Of a DNA stretch of 64,000 nucleotides, positions 56,796 through 64,000 are shown one piece after another. The first letter of the stretch is position 1, and every line of letters begins with the position of its first letter. The stretch lies in the NCBI GenBank assembly GCA_017547165.1, contig JAFYQK010000001.1, positions 95,422 through 159,421 on the forward strand, written 5' to 3'. The notes under the pieces were generated by a model. It worked only from the letters and a program-made list of their open reading frames with translations, did not search any database and was not told the origin of the DNA. The translations under genes and the position numbers were made by a program. This stretch comes from Bacteroidaceae bacterium. GTDB taxonomy: Bacteria > Bacteroidota > Bacteroidia > Bacteroidales > Bacteroidaceae.

Positions 56796-59700
56796 CTTTG
56801 TAGTTTCTTTTGGAGTGATGTTGCCACATATGAGTATATGGCTGGAACAACAAACATGGTGAGTACGGTGGAGATGAGCATACCGCCCACAACGGCCGTA
56901 CCCATGGCCACACGTCCTGCCGAACCTTCGCCCGAGGCAAACATCAAGGGCAAGAGGCCCAGGATGGTTGAAACGGAGGTCATCAGAATGGGACGCAAGC
57001 GCTGAACCGAAGCCTCGCGTATGGCGGTCATCTTGTCCTCACCCATGCGCTGACGCTGGTTGGCAAACTCCACTATGAGAATACCGTTCTTCGCCACCAG
57101 ACCTATGAGCATGATGATACCAATCTGGCTGAAGATGTTCATCGTCTGTCCGCCCACGAGCATGAATATCAATGCACCGGCAATGGCCAAAGGCACGGTG
57201 AGCATGATGACGAAGGGGTCCTTGAAACTCTCGAACTGAGCAGCCAGAATCAGATAGATGAGCACCAGTGCCAGACCGAAGGCAAAGAGCAGGCTTGATG
57301 AACTTTCGCGGAACTCCTTTGAGTCGCCCGACAGAGCTGTGCGGAAGGTATCGTCAAGCACATCCTTGGCAATCTTGTCCATCTCGTCTAGTCCGTCGCC
57401 TATGGTATGCCCGGGTGTGAGACCAGCCGAGATTGTGGCAGACACGAAACGGTTGTAGCGATACAGTTTTGGAGGAGCGATGCTCTCCACCAGGTCTACC
57501 AGGTTCTCCATCTGCACCATCTTGCCATCAGTAGAGCGCATGTATATGGCTTTGAGGTTGGTGGGGTCGTTGCGTTGCTGACGGTTTATCTCGCCCACGA
57601 TTTCGTACTGCTTGCCGTTGAGATAGAGATAACCCATACGCTGACCGCTAAGACCATACTGAAGCGTCTGTGCTATGTCCTTGGTGGACACGCCCATGAG
57701 GTTGGCTTTCTCGCGGTTCACGCTCAGGCGCACCTCGGGTTTGGAGAATTTCAAGTCTACATCCGCCATCTGGAAGACTGGGTTGTCATACACACGAGCC
57801 ATGAACTGAGGCAGAACCTTCTCCAACTTCTCAATGCTTGTGGCCTGAAGGACATACTGCACTGGCATGGAGCCGCGTCGTCCGCCAAAGGTGCTTTGCT
57901 GTTGCACGAAGGCACGCGCATCGGTCTTTCCTCTCACGGCCTTACTCAGCTTCTCTGCCACCTCCATCTGCGAATAGTCGCGTTCGGCAAGGTCCTTTAG
58001 CGTAATCTGTATGTTACCGCCACCGTCCGACACACGGGCCGTGATGAACTCGGCATCGGGCATGAGCGAGTCGGCCAGACGGTTGATGTCCTCGGTGTAA
58101 TCGCGCATGTATTCGTAGGTCACACCCTCGGGACCCATAGTGCGTATGGTTATGCTGGAGCGGTCCTCCAAGGGGGCCATCTCCGAAGGCACGTTCATCC
58201 ACATTGCCACACAGGCACCCAGAGCAACCACCATCAGGGGTATTGCCATCCAGCGGCGGCGCAGGAAGGCATTGAGGCATCTGGTGTAGATATTGTTCAG
58301 TCCCTCAAAGAAGGGTTCCGTCTTGCGGTAGAACCAGTTTTTCTCCTCTCTGTTCACCAGCAGTTTTGTTGCCAGCATGGGAGTGATGGTAAGGGCGGCA
58401 AACGAAGATATCACAACCGAACCAGCCACAACGAAACTGAACTCGCGGAAGAGTCGTCCTGTCTGTCCTTCCATAAACACGATGGGGAGGAACACCGCCA
58501 GCAGGGTTACGGTAGTTGATATTACAGCAAAGAAAATCTCCTTGGCACCCTCAATACCGGCCTCAAACGGACGCATGCCTCGCTCTATTCGTATGTAGAT
58601 GTTCTCCGTCATCACAATGGCATCGTCCACCACCAGACCCACCGAAAGCACCACGGCCAGCATGGAGAGCACATTGATGGAGAAGTCGAGCAGATACATC
58701 ACGAAGAATGCACCGATGAGCGACACGGGGATAACGAGGCATGGGATGAGCGTCACACGCCAGTCTCTGAGGAACAGGAAGATGATGATGATAACGAGCA
58801 CGAAGGCCTCGTACACGGTTGTCTCTACCTCGGCAATTGAGGCGCGTATGAACTTTGTGTTATCAAAGCCATAGTCGTAGTGCACATCCTCGGGCAGGTC
58901 CTTTTCCATCATTGCCATGCGCTCGTGCACGGCATCGGAGATGTCGATGTGGTTTGCACCGGGCTGGGGGATAACAACCACACCCACCATGGGCACACCG
59001 TTCATCTTCATGTAACTCTTTATGTCGCGGGCCGAGAGTTCGGCACGACCAATGTCGCTGAAGCGAATGATACGGCCTTCGGACTCCTTGATTACAAGGT
59101 TATTGAACTCCTCGGTGGTGGACATCTGACCCATGGTGCGGATGCTCAGTTCTCGGGTGTTGCCCTCGATAGAACCAGAGGGAAGTTCCACATTCTCTCT
59201 GTCTAGAGCGCTCTTCACGTCCATGGGTGTCACACCATAGCCCGACATCTTCACAGGGTCGAGCCATAGGCGCATGCAATATTTCTTCTCACCCCATATC
59301 ATCACGCTCGATACATCGGGGATGGTCTGCAACTGCTCCTTCACCGTAAGGTCGGCAATCTCGCTCAGCTCAAGCAAGTTTCGCTTGTCGCTCTGCAAGG
59401 CAACCATCAGGATGGGCATGGCATCGGCATCGGCCTTTGACACGGTGGGAGGGTCGCAATCTCGAGGCAGGAAGCGCTGTGCACGCGAAACCTTGTCGCG
59501 CACGTCGTTGGCAGCCGTTTCCAGGTCTACCGAGAGTTCAAACTCTACTGTTATTCGGCACGAACCCTGCTGGCTCACACTCGTCAGCGAGCGAATGCCG
59601 GGTATACCGTTGATATTCTGCTCCAGGGGTTCCGTTATCTGGTTCTCTATCACATCGGCATTGGCACCGGGATATGAGCACGATACGGAGATTATCGGGT

Positions 59701-59824
59701 TGTCCACCGAGGGGTATTCCCTCACGCCCAGCGACATATAGCCCACGGCACCGAAGATGAGTATGAGCAGTGTCATCACCGTGGCAAGCACCGGTCGTCG
59801 GATGGAAAGTTCAGATATGTTCAT
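56792..59824 (-). CDS. RND efflux transporter permease (HAE1/AcrB family)
   Basis: 1010 aa with the N-terminus MNISELSIRRPVLATVMTLL.. and 12-TM AcrB architecture. Confidence 0.92.
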   Translation of the reverse strand: MNISELSIRRPVLATVMTLLILIFGAVGYMSLGVREYPSVDNPIISVSCSYPGANADVIENQITEPLEQNINGIPGIRSLTSVSQQGSCRITVEFELSVDLETAANDVRDKVSRAQRFLPRDCDPPTVSKADADAMPILMVALQSDKRNLLELSEIADLTVKEQLQTIPDVSSVMIWGEKKYCMRLWLDPVKMSGYGVTPMDVKSALDRENVELPSGSIEGNTRELSIRTMGQMSTTEEFNNLVIKESEGRIIRFSDIGRAELSARDIKSYMKMNGVPMVGVVVIPQPGANHIDISDAVHERMAMMEKDLPEDVHYDYGFDNTKFIRASIAEVETTVYEAFVLVIIIIFLFLRDWRVTLIPCLVIPVSLIGAFFVMYLLDFSINVLSMLAVVLSVGLVVDDAIVMTENIYIRIERGMRPFEAGIEGAKEIFFAVISTTVTLLAVFLPIVFMEGQTGRLFREFSFVVAGSVVISSFAALTITPMLATKLLVNREEKNWFYRKTEPFFEGLNNIYTRCLNAFLRRRWMAIPLMVVALGACVAMWMNVPSEMAPLEDRSSITIRTMGPEGVTYEYMRDYTEDINRLADSLMPDAEFITARVSDGGGNIQITLKDLAERDYSQMEVAEKLSKAVRGKTDARAFVQQQSTFGGRRGSMPVQYVLQATSIEKLEKVLPQFMARVYDNPVFQMADVDLKFSKPEVRLSVNREKANLMGVSTKDIAQTLQYGLSGQRMGYLYLNGKQYEIVGEINRQQRNDPTNLKAIYMRSTDGKMVQMENLVDLVESIAPPKLYRYNRFVSATISAGLTPGHTIGDGLDEMDKIAKDVLDDTFRTALSGDSKEFRESSSSLLFAFGLALVLIYLILAAQFESFKDPFVIMLTVPLAIAGALIFMLVGGQTMNIFSQIGIIMLIGLVAKNGILIVEFANQRQRMGEDKMTAIREASVQRLRPILMTSVSTILGLLPLMFASGEGSAGRVAMGTAVVGGMLISTVLTMFVVPAIYSYVATSLQKKLQR

Positions 59825-59840
59825 CTGTTATTGATTTTTA

Positions 59841-59900
59841 GAGTTTAGGGTTTTCTAGGTTCTCTTAGGGTGTCCTAGGCTTTCCTGGAATTTCCTAATA
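59841..59900. repeat. Six degenerate 10-bp-periodic words (..TAGG/TAGGG..) between the adaptor and pump genes
   Basis: gagttTAGGg ttttcTAGGt tctctTAGGg tgtccTAGGc tttccTGGAa tttccTAATa. Confidence 0.8.
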
Positions 59901-59914
59901 AAATCGCTCAGCGC

Positions 59915-60997
59915 TCATCTCTCACCATTTACAGATACCCTCACTGCCTGTCCAGCGCGCAACTGCATGGTGCCGCTAGTTATCACGGTGTCGCCCACGC
60001 TGAGACCGCGCAATACCTGCACCTGTGCATCGGTGCGGAGTCCCTTTGTTATCTCCACGGGTTCTGCCTTGCCATTGCGATACAGATACACCTTGTCTAT
60101 ACCCATTTCCGAAACGATAGCCTCGCTGGGTACTGCCAGGGCATTGGAGTATTCGCGTGTTGTCAGGCGCACGCTGGCATAGCGTCCGGGCACCAGTTTG
60201 CCGTCCTTGTTGTCATACAAGGCACGCACGGTAAAGGTGCGGGTGTTCTCGTCCACACGAGAGTCAGAGGCATATACCTTGGCCATGCGAGGTGTCAGGT
60301 CGCCCTCCACGGTAAACTCCAGCGAAGCACCGTCGGGCAGAGTGCCGGCATAGCGCTCGGGCACACTGAACTCCACCTTCAGCGGACTGCGCTTGGTGAG
60401 CATTGCCACGGCCGTCTGTGTGGTGGCATAGGCACCCACGCTGACCTGGCGCAAACCTATCACACCAGAGAAGGGTGCTCTCAGTTCAGTCTGTGCTATC
60501 TCGGCCTTCACACCGTCAATCTCCGCCTTCAGGGCAGAGAGGTTTGCTTCTGCCTCCTGGAAAGCCTCCTTACTCACCGCCTCCTTCTCCAACAGAGCCT
60601 TGGCACGGAACACACGGTCCTGCATCAGTCGCAACTGTGCTTCCTTGCGGCGCAATTCCGCTTGCAGAGGAGCATCGTTTATCTTTGCCAGCAACTGACC
60701 CTTCTCCACCATCGAACCCTCCTTGAAGTAGATGTCTGTTATCTTGCCCGAAGTTTCGAACGACAGACTAACCTCCTCATCGGGAACCAGCGAACCGCTC
60801 ATTGCCAGAGCATCGGTTATCAACTGCTCACCTATTACCACGCCTCTCACATTGAGAGCCTGGCCCTGTTGTTTGCGCTCCTTTGCCGGAGCCTCTTTCA
60901 AATCACTGTTCTCCTTAGGCATGAAAGCGTTGTATGCCAAAGCGGCACAGCCCACCACAATAATGCCTATGATACTGATTTTTGTAATTTTGTTCAT
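59915..60997 (-). CDS. RND efflux periplasmic adaptor (membrane fusion protein)
   Basis: 360 aa with an N-terminal anchor, a coiled-coil hairpin (..EAELRRKEAQLRLMQDR..) and beta-barrel domains. Confidence 0.88.
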   Translation of the reverse strand: MNKITKISIIGIIVVGCAALAYNAFMPKENSDLKEAPAKERKQQGQALNVRGVVIGEQLITDALAMSGSLVPDEEVSLSFETSGKITDIYFKEGSMVEKGQLLAKINDAPLQAELRRKEAQLRLMQDRVFRAKALLEKEAVSKEAFQEAEANLSALKAEIDGVKAEIAQTELRAPFSGVIGLRQVSVGAYATTQTAVAMLTKRSPLKVEFSVPERYAGTLPDGASLEFTVEGDLTPRMAKVYASDSRVDENTRTFTVRALYDNKDGKLVPGRYASVRLTTREYSNALAVPSEAIVSEMGIDKVYLYRNGKAEPVEITKGLRTDAQVQVLRGLSVGDTVITSGTMQLRAGQAVRVSVNGER

Positions 60998-61020
60998 TTT
61001 TTTGCTCGTATGTTCAAGGT

Positions 61021-61070
61021 TTCCCTAGGTTATCCTAGAATATCCTAGAATATCCTAGGTTTCCTATACC
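61021..61070. repeat. Five 10-bp-periodic words (TATCCTAGAA-type) upstream of the RND operon
   Basis: ttcccTAGGt tatccTAGAa tatccTAGAa tatccTAGGt ttccTATAcc. Confidence 0.8.
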
Positions 61071-61090
61071 AACAGTTCACCGCTCACCGT

Positions 61091-62398
61091 TTATTTAAGG
61101 AATTCCGCAAATGCCTTTATGCAGTTCTCGTGATCCTGAACGCTTGCTGTCTCGCGGGCAGAGTGCATACCCCAGATGGGATTGCCCATGTCCACACCCT
61201 TCACGGGGAAGGAAGAGGACAGTATGTTGCCCAGAGTGCTGCCACCAGCCACATCGCTATGGTTCACGAAGGTCTGATAAGGCGAACCAGCCTTCTTGCA
61301 AGCCTGCATGAACACGCTGGCACCCACGGCATCGCTCAGGTACTTCTGGCTGGCATTGTACTTAATCACAGGACCGCCGCCCATCACGGGATGGTTCGTG
61401 GGGTCGTACTTCTCGCTATAGTTGGGATGCCATGCATGAGCATTGTCGGCACTCACCATGAACGACTTCTCTACGCACATGGCAAAGCCCTCGAAACCAT
61501 CGCCCTCTGCCTGACGTGCCACCAATCTCTGCACTAGCGAAGCAAAGAAGGGAGAACCTGCACCCTGCTTTGTCTGGCTTCCTGTCTCCTCATTGTCGAA
61601 GATGGCCAGGCACTTTGTCACCTCGGGTGTATCGGTCTCTGTAAGCAAGGCCTCCATACCGGCATGCGCCATGCTCAGGTCGTCCAGGCGGCCGCTCTGT
61701 ATCAGTTCGCCATACAGACCCACGCGCTGAGCAGGTGTGGTATCGTACAGATAGAGGTCGAAGTCCAGAATCTCCCCGGCATCCACACCCAGTTCCTCAG
61801 CAACCAGGTTCTTCAGTATGCCACCGCTCACCGCTCCACGCTCACCGCTCACCGATAGCTGGGTTGTCAACACCGGCAACATATCCTTCTGCTTGGAGAG
61901 CGCCACGCCATCGTTCACCTGACGGTTGAAGTGAATGGCCAGATTGGGGATGGTGAGTATGGGGCGCTCTATGCGAACCAGGCGCACCACAGGCTCGGTG
62001 ATGTTGCCCTCTGCCGAAGCCAGCACCACACGACCTGCCAACGACAGGGGACGGTCCATCCAGGTGGACATTATGGCACCGCCATATAGTTCGGTGTTCA
62101 GTTTCACCAAACCGCCCTCGCACTTGATCTCTGCATTGGGTTTCACACGGAAACAAGGACTGTCCGAGTGTGCCGAAATGATGCGCATGCCACCCTCAGC
62201 CAATGTCTTCTTGCCCATATGGAAAGCGAAGATGGCAGAACCGTTCTTCGTAACGAAGAGCTTGTCGCCCTCCTTCACCTCGGGACAAGTCTCCTCGGCC
62301 CTCCACTCCTTGTAACCAGCCTCGCAGAGGCACTTCTTTATTGTCTCCACCGCAAAGAAGTTCACGGGCGAGGCATTCATAAAATCTTCAAGTCTCAT
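61091..62398 (-). CDS. M18-family aminopeptidase
   Basis: 435 aa. The length and motifs (..SAHSDSPCFRVKP.., ..DNEETGS.., ..MHSARE..) are typical of aspartyl aminopeptidase-like M18 enzymes. Confidence 0.8.
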   Translation of the reverse strand: MRLEDFMNASPVNFFAVETIKKCLCEAGYKEWRAEETCPEVKEGDKLFVTKNGSAIFAFHMGKKTLAEGGMRIISAHSDSPCFRVKPNAEIKCEGGLVKLNTELYGGAIMSTWMDRPLSLAGRVVLASAEGNITEPVVRLVRIERPILTIPNLAIHFNRQVNDGVALSKQKDMLPVLTTQLSVSGERGAVSGGILKNLVAEELGVDAGEILDFDLYLYDTTPAQRVGLYGELIQSGRLDDLSMAHAGMEALLTETDTPEVTKCLAIFDNEETGSQTKQGAGSPFFASLVQRLVARQAEGDGFEGFAMCVEKSFMVSADNAHAWHPNYSEKYDPTNHPVMGGGPVIKYNASQKYLSDAVGASVFMQACKKAGSPYQTFVNHSDVAGGSTLGNILSSSFPVKGVDMGNPIWGMHSARETASVQDHENCIKAFAEFLK

Positions 62399-62607
62399 AT
62401 CTTGTATGTTTTTATTGTTTTAGGTTATGATACGAAATATCAAATATTTGATTGCTAAGATACAAAAAAGTTTACCTACAACCATAATAAATTAGGATTT
62501 ATTAAGAAAAAGGATTGTAGGTGCCATTCTTGAAAATGTAATCGCCTTGTCTTGCGTATAATAACAAGTACCTATCAATTATGTAAGATGCATTAAAATT
62601 AAAGAAA

Positions 62608-62639
62608 GCAGGAAGATGCCTTTGTGACGATCTTCCTGC
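62608..62639 (-). terminator. Intrinsic terminator downstream of tRNA-Arg
   Basis: GCAGGAAGAT / ATCTTCCTGC stem. On the minus strand it is followed by TTTCTTTAATTTT. Confidence 0.6.
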
Positions 62640-62649
62640 ATAAAAATAG

Positions 62650-62723
62650 TGACCTCGCTGGGACTCTAACCCAGGACCTTCGGAACCGGAATCCGACGCT
62701 CTATACAACTAAGCTACGAGGCC
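62650..62723 (-). tRNA. tRNA-Arg (anticodon CCG)
   Basis: I folded the cloverleaf by hand as GGCCTCG-TA-GCTT-AGTTGTATA-GAGC-G-TCGGA-TTCCGGT-TCCGA-AGGTC-CTGGG-TTAGAGT-CCCAG-CGAGGTC-A. No CCA is encoded. ORF 62502-62708 overlapping it is spurious. Confidence 0.85.
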
Positions 62724-62734
62724 GTTATCGAACG

Positions 62735-62776
62735 GAAAACGGAAAGGTGAAAACGGAAAGGTGAAAACGGAAAGGT
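62735..62776. repeat. Perfect tandem 14-mer GAAAACGGAAAGGT x3 between the DPP-IV stop and the tRNA
   Basis: The three copies are at 62735-48, 62749-62 and 62763-76. Confidence 0.9.
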
Positions 62777-62784
62777 GTAGTTAA

Positions 62785-62818
62785 TCGCTCATCCGCTCAC
62801 CGCTCATCCGTTCACCGT
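62785..62818. repeat. TGAGCGG/TGAACGG word array immediately after the DPP-IV stop codon
   Basis: The sense strand reads TAA-ACGGTGAACGGATGAGCGGTGAGCGGATGAGCGA. Confidence 0.8.
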
Positions 62819-64000
62819 TTACTTCATACTGTCCTTAAAGTGGTTTACCAACTGGCGGAAGAGGTGGTTGCGGGTGTTGCCGCCATAGATGGAGTGGTTG
62901 CGGTTGGTGTAGGTGAGCTGGCGGAAGTCCTTGTCGGCATGAACGAGGGCTTCGGTGTACTCTGCCACATTGCGGTAGTGGACGTTGTCGTCGGCAGAGC
63001 CGTGGATGATGAGCAGGCTGCCGCTTAGGTTCTTGGCACGTGAGATAGGACTGCAATCATAGCCTTCGGGGTTCTCCTTAGGTGTGCGCATGAAACGCTC
63101 GGTGTACACCGTGTCGTAGTAGCGCCATGAGGTGGGAGGTGCCACCGCCACACCGGCGTAGAACACGGGGCGTCCCTCGGACATGCTCATCAGTGTGTTG
63201 AAACCACCGAAACTCCATCCCCAGATGCCTATGTGCTTGGCATCAACCCAGGGCTGCTTGCCGAGGTAGATGGCTGTCTCCACCTGGTCGTGGCTCTCCA
63301 GCTGACCCAGTTTGAGGTAGGTCTGCTTCTCGAACTCGGCACCACGGCCGCCTGTGCCGCGTCCGTCGACGATGACGCTGACGAAACCTTCCTGTGCCAG
63401 GTATCTCTCCAGAAGGGCAGCAGAGCAGTTGCCTGCATACCATGAGTCCTGTACCTGCTGAGAACCAGGACCGCTATACTGGAAGAGGATGACGGGGTAC
63501 TTCTTGCTGGCGTCGAAGTTGGCTGGCTTCACCATTATGCCGTTGAGGTCTACGCCATCCTGAGTCTGGAAGTTGAAGAACTCTATGCTTGCAAGGTTCA
63601 TGCCGTCTATCTTCTGTTTCAGGGGTGCATTGTCCTGGAGTGTCTTTGTCACCTTGCCCTTGGCATCGCGAAGGGTGTAGGTGGGAGGTGTGGTGGCAGA
63701 ATGGTGTGTGAGCATCAGGTGCTTGAAATTCTTGGAGAATATGGCAGAGTTCTGGCCGGCCTCGGTGCTGATGGGAGTTACCTTGCTTTTGGCATCGCAC
63801 TTGTACACACCGGTGCGCAGAGGACCGCCGTCCTTGGCCTGATAGTAGTAGGTGCCTGTATTCTCGTCATAACCGTAGAAATCGGTGATGATGTCGGTAC
63901 CCTTGCCAATCTCGCGCTTCTGTGTGCCCAAGAGGTTGTACTGATACAGATGGGCATAGCCGGAGCGCTCGCTGAGCAGGATGAAACCGTCCTGTATGGT
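62819..64000 (-). CDS. Dipeptidyl-peptidase IV / S9B prolyl oligopeptidase family, C-terminal part (gene continues beyond the window)
   Basis: The frame stays open from 63931 to the window edge (..SERSGYAHLYQYNL..). The catalytic triad context is present (GWSFGG, GSADDNVH, NRNHSI). Confidence 0.88.
   Translation of the reverse strand, partial: TIQDGFILLSERSGYAHLYQYNLLGTQKREIGKGTDIITDFYGYDENTGTYYYQAKDGGPLRTGVYKCDAKSKVTPISTEAGQNSAIFSKNFKHLMLTHHSATTPPTYTLRDAKGKVTKTLQDNAPLKQKIDGMNLASIEFFNFQTQDGVDLNGIMVKPANFDASKKYPVILFQYSGPGSQQVQDSWYAGNCSAALLERYLAQEGFVSVIVDGRGTGGRGAEFEKQTYLKLGQLESHDQVETAIYLGKQPWVDAKHIGIWGWSFGGFNTLMSMSEGRPVFYAGVAVAPPTSWRYYDTVYTERFMRTPKENPEGYDCSPISRAKNLSGSLLIIHGSADDNVHYRNVAEYTEALVHADKDFRQLTYTNRNHSIYGGNTRNHLFRQLVNHFKDSMK

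Noticed and set aside
62440-62460. Perfect 10-bp palindrome CAAATATTTG upstream of the M18 aminopeptidase gene, as a possible operator or promoter.
   Set aside because: It is a single short AT-rich palindrome with no TAnnTTTG match and no partner site. That is not enough to call.
62502-62708. 68-aa ORF on the minus strand.
   Set aside because: It overlaps the tRNA-Arg gene and its terminator, so it is spurious.
59841-62818. The short-period repeat arrays as CRISPR arrays.
   Set aside because: The periods are 7-14 bp with no spacers, far too short for CRISPR repeats, and there are no cas genes.

Overview
This 64-kb chromosomal segment looks like a Bacteroidota genome, probably Bacteroidales and Prevotella/Segatella-like. 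The taxonomic guess rests on TAnnTTTG -7 promoter motifs upstream of many genes, short G-poor leaders without Shine-Dalgarno sites, many lipoproteins and TonB-dependent receptors, and three proteins with T9SS C-terminal sorting domains.

Most of the window is housekeeping: ansA, asnA, pgi, gpsA, lysS, aroC, slyD, uvrA, dnaA, folB, an oadGAB-type Na+-pumping oxaloacetate decarboxylase, a TolC/RND/MFP efflux operon, an M18 aminopeptidase, a partial DPP-IV and one tRNA-Arg(CCG). Interspersed are surface or secreted accessory genes: a BspA-like LRR protein, a CotH-family protein, a GH16 glucanase and two COG1649/GHL10-like paralogues.

I found no rRNA, CRISPR array, transposase or integrase.

Most notable observations:
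1. An 8-gene, ~10-kb operon at 45.5-55.5 kb made almost entirely of uncharacterised envelope proteins: TBDR, LTD-like lipoprotein, an orphan beta-barrel, an OB-like lipoprotein, a PepSY-TM protein, an ABC ATPase, an ABC-2 permease and a TM-anchored DUF protein. It does not match the PUL, Btu, Hmu or classical siderophore layouts.
2. A family of short, stop-codon-containing 'word' repeats sits at gene 3' ends and inside operon spacers. It includes TGAGCGG-type words, 10-bp-periodic CCTAGG/CCTAAG words and a perfect 14-mer x3. One related ~80-nt hairpin-rich copy appears to be inserted in frame in uvrA.
3. A 570-bp gene-free region upstream of oadGAB carries three promoter motifs and two strong intrinsic terminators. 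This suggests small-RNA or leader candidates.
4. A nitroreductase is fused to a Cys-poor domain that resembles the C-terminal part of class II ribonucleotide reductase.
5. The tRNA-Arg(CCG) has the G19:C56 tertiary pair replaced by a covarying U19:A56.

All family names are from reading the translated ORFs and from memory. No database search was run.
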